From the IMG/VR virus record IMGVR_UViG_2718218228_000013: a DNA stretch of 21,065 nucleotides. The stretch is one strand, 5' to 3'. The translations under genes and the position numbers were made by a program. This document shows, piece after piece, positions 1-8,955 of the stretch; the stretch's first letter is position 1; the number at the start of each line of letters is the position of its first letter. The notes below the pieces were generated by a model, which was given only the letters and a program-made list of their open reading frames with translations, did not search any database and was not told where the DNA came from. Origin of the DNA: a virus. Its lineage: Duplodnaviria > Heunggongvirae > Uroviricota > Caudoviricetes.

Positions 1-125
1 ATGTCTGCACCTGCATTGCCTGATGTCAGAACAGTATTTTGATTAATTGCCAGGGTTACAATGGCACAAATGCGGCACAGGAGGAAACGTGGTGTATTTA
101 AATATGGGGTAACTACTTGATTTAA

Positions 126-142
126 ATGGTGCGATAATAGGA
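126..142. repeat. Left att-type direct repeat of the P4-like element (ATGGTGCGATAATAGGA)
   Basis: 17/18 identity (one 1-nt gap) with 13012-13029, which is the 3' end of the tRNA-Thr fragment next to int; same orientation. Confidence 0.55.
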
Positions 143-675
143 ACCAATAATCGCCACCAACACAATGATTTTAATACATAAATTAAAATAGAAGATTTAA
201 ACTACACACACCCCTATACACATTGGTGAAGGCGTTCGCTTTCCGCGCATTCTCAAGGCAGAAAAAACTTTTTTTGGGGGAAAACTGTTCATACTACTCA
301 TTGTGTTTTTTTTCATTAATATTCAAAAAGATATGAAATTAACGATTGATAAGAAGTGAACACTTTACTGTTCACCTTGACTGATTAATAAGTGCATAAA
401 AACCTAATTTTTGAGCACGGAAGGTATTTGTTCCTTACCCCATTTTTTCTCTTTAGTCCAGTACAACAAAAAATGCGCCCAACAGAAAACTGTTTTGAAT
501 TTAAATGCAATCGCTTTGTAGTGATTGTAACGTAAGTTGATTTGATGGGTGCGATTTTGTTTAGCGATAATGGTATGTTGTAAAAATCATTTCGTTGCAA
601 TAAAATTGCATCGCTACATTTTATAGACAATATCAATTAAATTTTAATACTCATTATTAATTTTGAGGCTAACAA

Positions 676-1632
676 GTGACTAGTTATTCAAACTTTTCCA
701 ATCAAATAAAAGAAACCATCAATAATAAATTCGATCATGAAATTCATGATTGGGACATTATAAAAAACTCAATCACAACTTTAATAAATAAAAATATCCA
801 TGGTGCAGGTAGAAATATCGTTGATTTTATAGATTTAGGTAACTGGGATTTTATTTCAAACTTTTCCTTTGATGACTCTACAAGAAGACTTGAATTAGAG
901 TGGCACCCCAATGATAAATTCCATATATATATTGAGTCCGTTGTGTTTGTCGAGTTTAATGACACTATATATGCTTTCTTAAAGGGATACTATCACAATC
1001 AGTTATCTCTAAATAGAATATATAATACAAAATGCTCTTCATGTTCATTTGAAAACTCAGGTTCTTATATGGTAGACGTTTATAGAACGGTTAAAAGAGT
1101 AAATGAGACAATCCAGACCCCAAATATAAATTGCTATACTACATGTATTTTAACAAGGCCCGCAAATGGTCATGTTACATCTACAGGCTTCTCACGAAAC
1201 CTCATGGATGCGATAAATATTTCATTAGCAGAGCACAAAATAGCCTCTTTACATAATGAAGTCATGAGTATTGAGGAATATGATCGTGATTCTTTACAAG
1301 AGAAAGGAAATACTGCCAGGAGATATTTAGAATATATTCTCATGCTTGTTAATATTCGTATAATGCATTTAAACAACGTTCAATACCAAGAGCAAATGCT
1401 AGGTAGTTTAGTTTCTGTTATTGAGGCTCTGGACTATGAACCATTAATGAAAAATGATGTTGAAATTACAAAGGACATCCTTAATGCTTGCAGCCACCAC
1501 GGGGGGGTTAGAATTGAAAAGAAAGATGTAATTTTTTCTTTGGAAGTTATTGAAAACTTAATTAAAGCCATAAAGAAAACCGACATAAATAAATTACAAC
1601 TCGATGGGATGTTTAAATCAATTCAAAAATAA
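676..1632 (+). CDS. Hypothetical protein (318 aa), AT-rich cargo gene between left att repeat and primase
   Basis: Long ORF with GTG start; GAGG 7 nt upstream; much more AT-rich than the adjacent primase gene. No motif recognised. Confidence 0.6.
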   Translation: MTSYSNFSNQIKETINNKFDHEIHDWDIIKNSITTLINKNIHGAGRNIVDFIDLGNWDFISNFSFDDSTRRLELEWHPNDKFHIYIESVVFVEFNDTIYAFLKGYYHNQLSLNRIYNTKCSSCSFENSGSYMVDVYRTVKRVNETIQTPNINCYTTCILTRPANGHVTSTGFSRNLMDAINISLAEHKIASLHNEVMSIEEYDRDSLQEKGNTARRYLEYILMLVNIRIMHLNNVQYQEQMLGSLVSVIEALDYEPLMKNDVEITKDILNACSHHGGVRIEKKDVIFSLEVIENLIKAIKKTDINKLQLDGMFKSIQK

Positions 1633-1764
1633 ACATCATCTAACAATGAATTAGATGCATTTTCCGCTGACGCCTTAGCATATAACTTTTAAATTTTATC
1701 GATATATATTTTGAGATAATTTCCTGTAGCGGATTTAAGACCGGCACAGCCGGTCTTAGGTCAG

Positions 1765-4098
1765 TTATTTCGCTGCAAACTCATCGCATTTTGGCAACCA
1801 GTCAGCATTGCTTTCCTCTCTTAGGGCCAGATTAGTCTGCATTCCTTGATTGGTCCGTCGTTTCTCATACTGCAGCCCATATTCCTTGAGCATTAACGGT
1901 AGCCCCTTGCCAAACATGGTCAGACTGAGCGTATTTTTATAGCCGTTAGCCTCCATGTAGACCAGATAGGCATGGTAGAGGTAAGTTCGAGGCTGACGTG
2001 GAACAATATTAGCGTTCCCCATAAACATGCCCGTGGTGTCAGGTAGGACCTCAAGGTAGCCGCAAAAATCAAAAGCTGAATCAGCATCACGTTTGATGGT
2101 GAGCGCTTCATCGGAGTTCTGCTGTGACTGAAGCAATGTCCTGGCACTCATTGGGTCGCTGAAACGCTGCATAAGCTGGCGAACAATCACCGCTAGCTCA
2201 CTGGCAATTTTCTCTTTGAGCTGGGTATCGCGTTCCTCCGGGGCTATCTGGTCGGGGAAATGCAGGATCACCCTTCGGCGTGAAACTCCACCACTACGAT
2301 CAGTGAAGCGCATCGGATTATTGTTCACAGCCAGGATGACCGCCGGGATGTGGGTTGAATAGGCGTTCTGATATTTGGGATCAACGGATACCGCATCGCC
2401 GCCAGTGATGGCTTTTAGTCCGGCCCCGTCACCGCTCCACTTTTCCTGGTCGGGAAGTCGAATCAGTGAAAAACCTATTAACGCAGCTCGTTCTCTTGGC
2501 GACTCAAGCATTTCAATGGTTGCCGAGGTCGCGTTATCTTCACCCGCCAGCATGGTTGCTATTTCAGCAAGAATACTCTTTCCACTTCCGCCAGGGCCAG
2601 TGACCTCCAGAAACAGCTGCCAGTCATAACGGTTAGCCAGCACCATAAACAATGCAGCCAGAATAATGTCCCGTTTTTCAGGATTAAAACCTGCGGCACG
2701 ATCCAGCCAGCGCCAGAATGCCGGGGCATGGGTTTCCAGTGACTCACCGTCAACGGGCTGCGTGTAATCCACCTCGCACAGCGTACGTAACCAGTGCTTC
2801 TTATCGTGCGGGCTGAACAATCCTGTCCGGGTATCGAGCACACCGTTGCGAAATCCGATAAGTTGCCGCGCCGGATTCTGCTGTTGCGGAACGATCAGTT
2901 TGAGGGTTTCCACGAGAGACGCAATTTTCGCGGATGAAAAAGGTGCGTCGAGGCGCTGAAACAGCGCAGCGACATCACGGGCAAAATCGGCGTAATAGAT
3001 AACTTTCCAGGCCCCCGCCTCATAGCGTGAAAGGAGCTGCCCGTTCGGGTCTACTGCCAGTGAATTTTTATAGTGATCCACTACCCTCTGCGCTTTTTCG
3101 CTGACGCTCAGCGCGGTAAATTCAGCTTCGCTCATTGTGTCGAAGGGGCTGGCAACAGCTGGTTTTATTACTTCATGAATTGCATGCCGGGTGGCTTCTT
3201 CGCCGTTTTGCGTGAATGCATCGTTCCAGTCACCAAACACAGGCGGGAGCGCCATTGTGCAATTGCAGGCCCCGGTAACAGCTGCGCCCCTTGTTTGCCC
3301 CGCACCGTTGAGATCGCGGTCAGCAGCAATAATTATCTGGTGCGTTGGGTACTCACTGCAGGCAATGCTCGCCAGGGAAAGGAAATTGACGGACGAAAAG
3401 GCCACCATGACAGCATCGCCAGTCAGATAGTTGATAGTAAGTGCGGTGGCATATCCTTCCGCTATCCAGAGCCGTTTGGCTGCTTTGGCAGTACCTTCAA
3501 CCAGGTAAAAGGCATTCTTAACCTGACCGCCTTTAAGGAAGCATTTGCCCCCATTAGCGTTGATTAACTGCAGATTTACCAGCTCTCCATCTGCATACAA
3601 TGGAACGACAAGATCTCCCGCGCGAAATGCCACACCACCGACTTTATGCATAGCGGTTAATTCCCGGCAAGGCAGTGCAGGAAACCCTTTACTCGTCAGA
3701 TAGGCATTGCCAGTGGTCTGGCGGGACTTATCAAACAAACGGGCAGCCAGCACTGCTGCAGCTTTTCTCCCGTCCTCTTTTTCAGGAGAACCAGATTCAA
3801 GCATTCCCTGAGATACTGGCAGCAGGTTTCCGATAATGCCGTTTATTCTGTCTGCCGCTTCACTAATGCCTACATCCAGTACTTTACTTACAAGCGCCAG
3901 GCCATCACCTGCCCCGCACTGGTTACAGAACCACGTTCCCCGCCCTTCCTGGTCATCAAATCGAAAGCGGTCTTTCCCGGCACAGACCGGGCAGGGCTGG
4001 TGCCGATTTTTCAGTACATTTACGCCCAGCGCAGGTAAAATTCTTGACCAGTGACCCCGAGCTGCTTTCTCAGCCTGGCTAACTTTCATTCCTGACAT
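1765..4098 (-). CDS. P4 alpha-type DNA primase-helicase (777 aa)
   Basis: ORF 1765..4155; start placed at the internal ATG (4098) preceded by AAGGAGGG. N-terminal Cys-rich zinc-binding primase region (CPVCAGKDRFRFDD...WFCNQCG); Walker A-like GPGGSGKS. Length equals P4 alpha (777 aa). Confidence 0.92.
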   Translation of the reverse strand: MSGMKVSQAEKAARGHWSRILPALGVNVLKNRHQPCPVCAGKDRFRFDDQEGRGTWFCNQCGAGDGLALVSKVLDVGISEAADRINGIIGNLLPVSQGMLESGSPEKEDGRKAAAVLAARLFDKSRQTTGNAYLTSKGFPALPCRELTAMHKVGGVAFRAGDLVVPLYADGELVNLQLINANGGKCFLKGGQVKNAFYLVEGTAKAAKRLWIAEGYATALTINYLTGDAVMVAFSSVNFLSLASIACSEYPTHQIIIAADRDLNGAGQTRGAAVTGACNCTMALPPVFGDWNDAFTQNGEEATRHAIHEVIKPAVASPFDTMSEAEFTALSVSEKAQRVVDHYKNSLAVDPNGQLLSRYEAGAWKVIYYADFARDVAALFQRLDAPFSSAKIASLVETLKLIVPQQQNPARQLIGFRNGVLDTRTGLFSPHDKKHWLRTLCEVDYTQPVDGESLETHAPAFWRWLDRAAGFNPEKRDIILAALFMVLANRYDWQLFLEVTGPGGSGKSILAEIATMLAGEDNATSATIEMLESPRERAALIGFSLIRLPDQEKWSGDGAGLKAITGGDAVSVDPKYQNAYSTHIPAVILAVNNNPMRFTDRSGGVSRRRVILHFPDQIAPEERDTQLKEKIASELAVIVRQLMQRFSDPMSARTLLQSQQNSDEALTIKRDADSAFDFCGYLEVLPDTTGMFMGNANIVPRQPRTYLYHAYLVYMEANGYKNTLSLTMFGKGLPLMLKEYGLQYEKRRTNQGMQTNLALREESNADWLPKCDEFAAK

Positions 4099-4111
4099 TG
4101 TGCGGCCCTCC

Positions 4112-4435
4112 TTAGTGCAGCGCTGGTTTGTTGAGGTGACGGGAACAAAGTTCATCCATGACCGTCATTCCGAGCAGTGAGAGAACCGGACAGGCTTTAA
4201 GCGGCCCCGACTCCATCAGATCCGAAAGCAACGCGCAGGCAATTTCCAGCCCTCTTTGCTGCCCATGCTGGCGCAGATAGAACCCTTCCAGCTCGCGGGC
4301 TATGGCATCTTCAAGTTCAGCGAGCGTCAGGCCGGAATAACGTTCCTGATGATTGCTTAGAGCCAGCCAGGCACAGGCAACGGCACGGCGATACAGAGCG
4401 GCACGAAGTGCCAGAAGAGATTCACAGCATATCAT
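4112..4435 (-). CDS. Hypothetical protein (107 aa) upstream of primase
   Basis: ORF whose start overlaps the upstream gene stop (TGATG-type) and ends 13 nt before the primase start. No motif recognised. Confidence 0.5.
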   Translation of the reverse strand: MICCESLLALRAALYRRAVACAWLALSNHQERYSGLTLAELEDAIARELEGFYLRQHGQQRGLEIACALLSDLMESGPLKACPVLSLLGMTVMDELCSRHLNKPALH

Positions 4436-4656
4436 CAGGCCACCTCCGCATTCATCAGGTCGTCATGGCAGCGTTGCACCACTCCATCCAGTTGCTCTGT
4501 CATCAGATAAATGAGGGAAACCAGTTGTTCGCATTGGGCACCTGCTGGCTTTTCATAACAGTCCTGCAGGGCTGCCATGCCAGTTACATACTCACCCACA
4601 TTGCGTAAATGTTTCAGCCTTACAACATCGTCGTAGGAAATCTCAAACTGGTTCAT
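4435..4656 (-). CDS. Hypothetical small protein (73 aa)
   Basis: ATG start with GGAGG 9 nt upstream; ATGA overlap with the upstream small gene. Confidence 0.5.
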   Translation of the reverse strand: MNQFEISYDDVVRLKHLRNVGEYVTGMAALQDCYEKPAGAQCEQLVSLIYLMTEQLDGVVQRCHDDLMNAEVA

Positions 4657-4847
4657 AGCGTCACCTCCCCGGCAGGCAGCCGTGCAGAAAGGGAGAGTAC
4701 ATAATCTCGGACTAGCAAACGGCGCGCGGAACGCTCATCGCAGGAGACAGTGCGAAGCATACAGATGCGGGGGTGAGTGTCAGCACGGCGGATTGCGGCA
4801 AACACAAAGACATATTGCGGGTGTGACGGGGTGAGGATTGTAGCCAT
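4653..4847 (-). CDS. Small protein (64 aa), possible Icd/Kil-like host-interference protein
   Basis: Internal ATG of the 185-aa ORF, preceded by GGAGG with 8-nt spacer; sits where P4/P1 immunity regions carry kil/icd. Identity is a guess. Confidence 0.35.
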   Translation of the reverse strand: MATILTPSHPQYVFVFAAIRRADTHPRICMLRTVSCDERSARRLLVRDYVLSLSARLPAGEVTL

Positions 4848-4879
4848 GATGGCAGCCTCCAATAAGTAGCGGTTATTGC

Positions 4880-4980
4880 TACCACCGGAAACGCCAATTT
4901 CACTGGTGGCAGCCCGAACGGGGTTGGCGTAACCGGCCTTATTGGAAACCGGCCAGCCCGAAGGCTGCCCCGCCCGGACT
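4880..4980 (-). ncRNA. Candidate c4/cI-type antisense immunity RNA region
   Basis: Hairpins (CAGCC-CGAA-GGCTG at 4954-4967) and three GGCAGCC/GGCTGCC motif copies in mutually complementary orientations, one overlapping the RBS of the downstream small gene (4851-4860). Boundaries approximate. Confidence 0.3.
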
Positions 4981-5206
4981 ACCATTATCTCGATAGAACC
5001 ATGGTGTAAGCATAAACACCACAGCCCTGAAAATGGTTGTGCCTGAGCTACGACGTAAAAAAAGACGCAAGGGGCGTCAATTGTCGCCAATAAGTTATAC
5101 GGAACGCCAATTCCGGCTGCCGATTTTGCGACAGCGGAAAAACTATACCTGGAAATGACGACAGTAAGCAAGCCAGAATAAAGGTATTTAATGTATGCAG
5201 GTATCA

Positions 5207-5467
5207 TCATGCATCACATCCCCGCCCACGGGCGCTGATGCGGTCCGCCATCCATGCGCTGACCTCAGACTGTGCCCAGGCGACATTTTTACCGCCAAGC
5301 GGGATCTGCTTCGGAAACGCATCGCGGCTGATCAGGTCGTAAACGGTCGAACGGGACAACCCGCATAAGTGCATCACCTCAGGCAGGCGTAAAAATCGCT
5401 CATGATGGTTCGATACAGGAAATAATGGCGCAGCAGGAGCTGGCGCAGACACAGAAATATTACGCAT
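5207..5467 (-). CDS. alpA: AlpA/Vis-family phage transcriptional regulator (excisionase-like HTH)
   Basis: [23 protein letters not shown]...[12 protein letters not shown] matches the AlpA family pattern; AGAGGG RBS upstream. Confidence 0.8.
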   Translation of the reverse strand: MRNISVSAPAPAAPLFPVSNHHERFLRLPEVMHLCGLSRSTVYDLISRDAFPKQIPLGGKNVAWAQSEVSAWMADRISARGRGCDA

Positions 5468-6019
5468 TTATCTACCCTCTTTAATTTCCACAACAGTCCG
5501 GATGAATTTATCCGGGTTCAGGTAGTTCCTTATTATGTGTATATAAACCACCTGCGCACGCATTTTTTATTTAGCGTCACATATTGATTTTATGGAATTT
5601 AAAGCCCGATTAAACCATATAAAATGACATAATAAATACCATGCCTGCGGACTATAAATACAGGAGCATTAATAGGAACTACCATTCACCCAGGGTTTAC
5701 TATCCTATGGGTCATTGCACCTGATAGTGCTAACCCCACCGCCAATACAGCAAGGCAGTACAACTTCTACACGAGGCCTTGCATTGCAGGCCCCAATTTC
5801 CGGGCATATTTTTGAATCGCATCCAACTTATAAACATTGGGCCTGCATAAAAACCTTGATATTAAATAACATCACCTTAAATCGTAAAATATATCCGAAT
5901 GAATCCATAAAGAACCGGACAGATCTAGTTTTATAAAAATCAGTATGAAATGCAACACCATGGCCAGAGGCGAAAATGTTATTCCCCGGCAAAAACATGC
6001 AGTCTATTTATGTGCCTGT

Positions 6020-6234
6020 TGAATACTCCTGAATAAGGGTGAATAGTGGTGAGGAGCAAAAAACAAATAGCTACGAGGAATAAAAAAACCACCCATTATG
6101 AAAAAATACCATAAATAATTTTATTCCCATGTGAACAGTTATGAACAGTCGATGAATACTGCCATGCCAACCCTTCACCTTATAACCTTCTGTATTACCT
6201 ATTTTTTTTACCTAAGTGAATAGTAGTGAATAGT
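6020..6234. repeat. Cluster of at least 7 direct 8-9 bp iterons TGAA(T/C)A(G/C)T, candidate alpha-binding crr/ori-type site
   Basis: Copies at 6020, 6040, 6132, 6142, 6153, 6217, 6227, mostly 10 bp apart; reverse complement contains TGTTCAC, the P4 type I iteron core. Similar motifs at 286-295, 356-364 and 369-376. Confidence 0.5.
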
Positions 6235-6312
6235 TAAGGTAAGTCTGAAACAGCCTTAGTTAAACGAGGCCTTTTCTGGCTAGCCAAAAGAGGTCCGGGG
6301 CGGTTCAGTCTT

Positions 6313-6330
6313 TGTCTTGTCGCTCGCACA
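6313..6330 (+). promoter_or_regulatory. Candidate Ogr/Delta-dependent late promoter element (TGT-N12-ACA dyad) upstream of sid-like gene
   Basis: TGTCTTGTCGCTCGCACA fits the P2/P4 late-promoter activator dyad, about 70-90 bp upstream of the ATG at 6401. Confidence 0.4.
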
Positions 6331-6400
6331 ATGGCGTTCAATGGCAGCTTTGTATGCATCACAGCACAATTGACACCACGACAAACCACTAGGTGCTGAC

Positions 6401-7153
6401 ATGACAATCCCAGAACAGAACAATAACCCGATCGTTGAAATTTCTATCCCTGTTTCGACGCAACAGGCGCTTGAGAAAGTGAATGCCACCAAATCTGCAT
6501 GGCTTGAAGCACGTCGTCAGCAAAAAGCGGCAGCGGATAATATTGCGACAATCCGCCAGCGCCGCGCTGAAATGGAAGCCACGACGAACGCCCTGAATGA
6601 GGAGTGGCGCACGCTATTTCGTGAAAGTCAGGGCGTAGTCTCAAAGGAAATGAAAAAACTGCGCACGGAAATTGCGCTGGGACGAGAAACGCTTGAGGAT
6701 TTTGATGAGCTGCTGGCGGCTCAGGAAAGCGAAAATGCACTTTTGCCGCAGGAGGCTGCGGAATTAGCCGGAAAGTATATCCACGCGCACGACACCCTTG
6801 TGGGTATTCGCGCAAAACAAATCTGGGAAGATTTTATGCAGTCGCATGGAAAAGCACTAATCCAGACACTAAGCCTGCTCAAATCAACAATGGGCAGGGA
6901 AGCCAGCGCAGTTGTCGGTGTGGTGCATTCAGTTAATGACCCGGACACACTGCTGAAAGATTTTATTCATAAACATATCACCAGACCGGCTCTGACTAAC
7001 GATGCGATGCCCGAACAGGACCCCGTGTTTAAACTGGCGGGAGTTGCCCCGGATTATGCGGCCCGTCTGGATTTCAGTAATAAACTCTCTCCAGCAGCTA
7101 TGCATAAAATGAAGGTTCGTCAGGAACGTGCTGAGAAGGAGAAAGCAGTATGA
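6401..7153 (+). CDS. sid: Sid-like capsid size determination (external scaffold) protein
   Basis: 250 aa (P4 Sid 244 aa); first gene of the late operon; internal similarity to the downstream Psu-like protein; stop overlaps the next start. Confidence 0.6.
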   Translation: MTIPEQNNNPIVEISIPVSTQQALEKVNATKSAWLEARRQQKAAADNIATIRQRRAEMEATTNALNEEWRTLFRESQGVVSKEMKKLRTEIALGRETLEDFDELLAAQESENALLPQEAAELAGKYIHAHDTLVGIRAKQIWEDFMQSHGKALIQTLSLLKSTMGREASAVVGVVHSVNDPDTLLKDFIHKHITRPALTNDAMPEQDPVFKLAGVAPDYAARLDFSNKLSPAAMHKMKVRQERAEKEKAV

Positions 7154-7701
7154 TGGCCCGAGTCACTCCAGACCAAGCGCTTATCAGTTTTAGAAATGCC
7201 CGTATTCTGTGGGCTGGACATAGTGAGAGCCGAAAAGCCGTTGAACAACAGATAGAATCACTCCTCACTGCCATGGAAAAACCAGCAGATTATGCTCGAC
7301 AGCTCGAATTACAGCGGGAACATCTGGATGTGCTGAAATGGCAAATTAACTGTGCTGCGCGCGAATGCATTTACTCGCAGCATCAACTGATGGAGGCCTG
7401 CACAGAAGACGCTCTCAGCAATTTTATGCAGGCGAATGGAGCAGCCCTGACATCTGCACTGGCTCCGTTCCTGAAGGGGCGCGGAGGGGTTGACGTTGCG
7501 TCCCGTATATTACGCAATGCTCTGGTTCGCCAGCTGGCAATAACACCGCCTGAAATTGCCGGGGATTATCGTATGATTCTGGATGAATCCGGTGTGATGC
7601 CTGACCCCATGATGGTTCGTGATTGCCAGAGCTCTTACACCCCTGCACAACAACTGCGCTTTCAGCAACGTCTGGATTACATTAACGGCATGCAGGAGTA
7701 A
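7150..7701 (+). CDS. psu: Psu-like polarity suppression / capsid decoration protein
   Basis: 183 aa; LKWQINCAARECIYS, FMQANGAALTSALAP and YTPAQQLRF resemble P4 Psu as I recall it. Confidence 0.7.
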   Translation: MMARVTPDQALISFRNARILWAGHSESRKAVEQQIESLLTAMEKPADYARQLELQREHLDVLKWQINCAARECIYSQHQLMEACTEDALSNFMQANGAALTSALAPFLKGRGGVDVASRILRNALVRQLAITPPEIAGDYRMILDESGVMPDPMMVRDCQSSYTPAQQLRFQQRLDYINGMQE

Positions 7702-7706
7702 TATTA

Positions 7707-7979
7707 ATGGCACTTAAATGTCCCGAATGCGGTACGACGGCACACGCCAGAACCTCCGCCTATGAAGCACCATCGGTTAAACGCTCATGGTATCAGTGCC
7801 AGAATCTTGAATGTTCCTACACATTTACCGCACTGGAAAGTGTGGATACGATAATCATGAAGCCCCGGCGCAATGAACAGGAATCAGAGAAAGCACAAAT
7901 GCCGGAAAAACAACAGCAAACTCTCAATCGCTATGGCTCCGCGTCAAAGCTGTCAAGCCGTCAGCAAATTCCTGTCTGA
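7707..7979 (+). CDS. Ogr/Delta-family zinc-finger late transcriptional activator
   Basis: CPECGTTAHARTS...YQCQNLECSYTF, the classic Ogr/Delta Cys4 motif; 90 aa. Confidence 0.9.
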   Translation: MALKCPECGTTAHARTSAYEAPSVKRSWYQCQNLECSYTFTALESVDTIIMKPRRNEQESEKAQMPEKQQQTLNRYGSASKLSSRQQIPV

Positions 7980-7999
7980 TTAGCAAAAAAAGCCCACGT

Positions 8000-8027
8000 A
8001 ATCCCGGTCCAGTACTGGGATTTTTTA
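8000..8027 (+). terminator. Rho-independent terminator after the late operon
   Basis: GC-rich palindrome AATCCCGGTCCAGTACTGGGATT followed by TTTTTT, about 20 nt after the Ogr/Delta stop. Confidence 0.6.
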
Positions 8028-8332
8028 CGCCTTTTCCCTGGCTGGCCTGAGAGCGCATGAGTGCATGTCTATAGCGCATGAAAACGCATGATTCTCATGC
8101 ACCATTTTTGACGCGAAAGCCCTTGTGTGGTGGCTTCTGAGACGATTTGCGGAATGCATGAAAACCAGTCTGTTAAGCGAAGCGAGCAGGCGTGGGGGGC
8201 TGCGCGCGCTAAGGGGTTAGATTATAAAATATCAAACGCCGGTGAGATCCATTATTGTGGAACCACCCGAAGGAAGTGTAGAGGCGAAAGTACCCAAAAT
8301 AATTTTGCAAATTATTTAGAAATGAACTGAGC

Positions 8333-8358
8333 GCTCGAAACGAAATATAATTTCGAGC
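8333..8358 (-). terminator. Hairpin downstream of the minus-strand hotspot cassette (candidate terminator)
   Basis: GCTCGAAA-N10-TTTCGAGC inverted repeat about 30 nt after the stop of the last cassette gene; flanked by T-rich sequence. Confidence 0.4.
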
Positions 8359-8388
8359 ACCCCAATTAGCAGTTATATTTTTAATGTA

Positions 8389-8955
8389 TTAAACAGGATA
8401 AAAACCAGAGCTTCCATTCTTATTTAAGTTATGGATTTTATTTGCATCATTAATTTTTATTTGGAACGTCGGACCTTTATTCTCAAGAATTACAATCTGG
8501 AAATTATAGTCCCTTTTGATTAATGCGTGATAAAATGAATCACTGAGACTGACGCTATTAACATCCGATAGAGAACCCCCTCTATCTTTATCAAAGTGCG
8601 TCACTAATGGACTATCAAGCACAACAAATCCAATGAATGGATTCCCTTTTCTTGATAAAAATTCCGCAAAGCAAATGGTAAATATAGCATGCATTACTGC
8701 ACGGGTACCTTTACCAAACATTCCTCGGCGTTTCCCATTGATATTAAAGTCATATGTATCTTCGTCAAATCGCACTTTGTTATCTTTAGAATTTTCAAAA
8801 TTTATATCATTCAAAAAGTCTTGCATCGCTATTTCTATATCATACAAATCAGCTACTGTTAAGGAGTCAAAGTCCTCGGCGGAGTATTTAAGTTCGTCAA
8901 CATCATCTTCTTTATCTTGTAATGAAGATAGAATGCTATGTTTTGTGTGATCCAT
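8389..8955 (-). CDS. ABC/SMC-like ATPase C-terminal lobe (Walker B-like FVVLDSP), hotspot cassette gene 6
   Basis: 188-aa ORF; hydrophobic strand + D (PFIGFVVLDSP); ATG overlaps upstream stop as TAATG; could be a frameshifted continuation of the upstream ORFs. Confidence 0.55.
   Translation of the reverse strand: MDHTKHSILSSLQDKEDDVDELKYSAEDFDSLTVADLYDIEIAMQDFLNDINFENSKDNKVRFDEDTYDFNINGKRRGMFGKGTRAVMHAIFTICFAEFLSRKGNPFIGFVVLDSPLVTHFDKDRGGSLSDVNSVSLSDSFYHALIKRDYNFQIVILENKGPTFQIKINDANKIHNLNKNGSSGFYPV

Noticed and set aside
2375-3567. Plus-strand ORFs (84, 164, 79 aa) inside the primase gene
   Set aside because: Antisense to a long, well-supported CDS in GC-rich DNA, with no RBS and low-complexity translations.
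4653-5210. 185-aa ORF with ATGA overlaps at both ends, initially attractive as a coupled gene
   Set aside because: The N-terminal two-thirds is low-complexity and overlaps the hairpin-rich candidate regulatory RNA region. Only the C-terminal 64 aa has its own RBS and start, so I annotated that shorter gene instead.
5715-6492. ORFs 5715..5936 (+) and 6280..6492 (-) in the alpA-sid intergenic region
   Set aside because: They fall in the iteron/promoter region, lack RBS, and the second overlaps the sid start; likely spurious.
8127-8330. 67-aa plus-strand ORF between the late-operon terminator and the hotspot cassette
   Set aside because: It overlaps the cos-like and repeat-rich non-coding segment, has no RBS and an unusual composition.
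8633-8950. 105-aa plus-strand ORF antisense to hotspot gene 6
   Set aside because: Fully embedded antisense in an AT-rich gene that carries the Walker B-like motif; probably a composition artefact.
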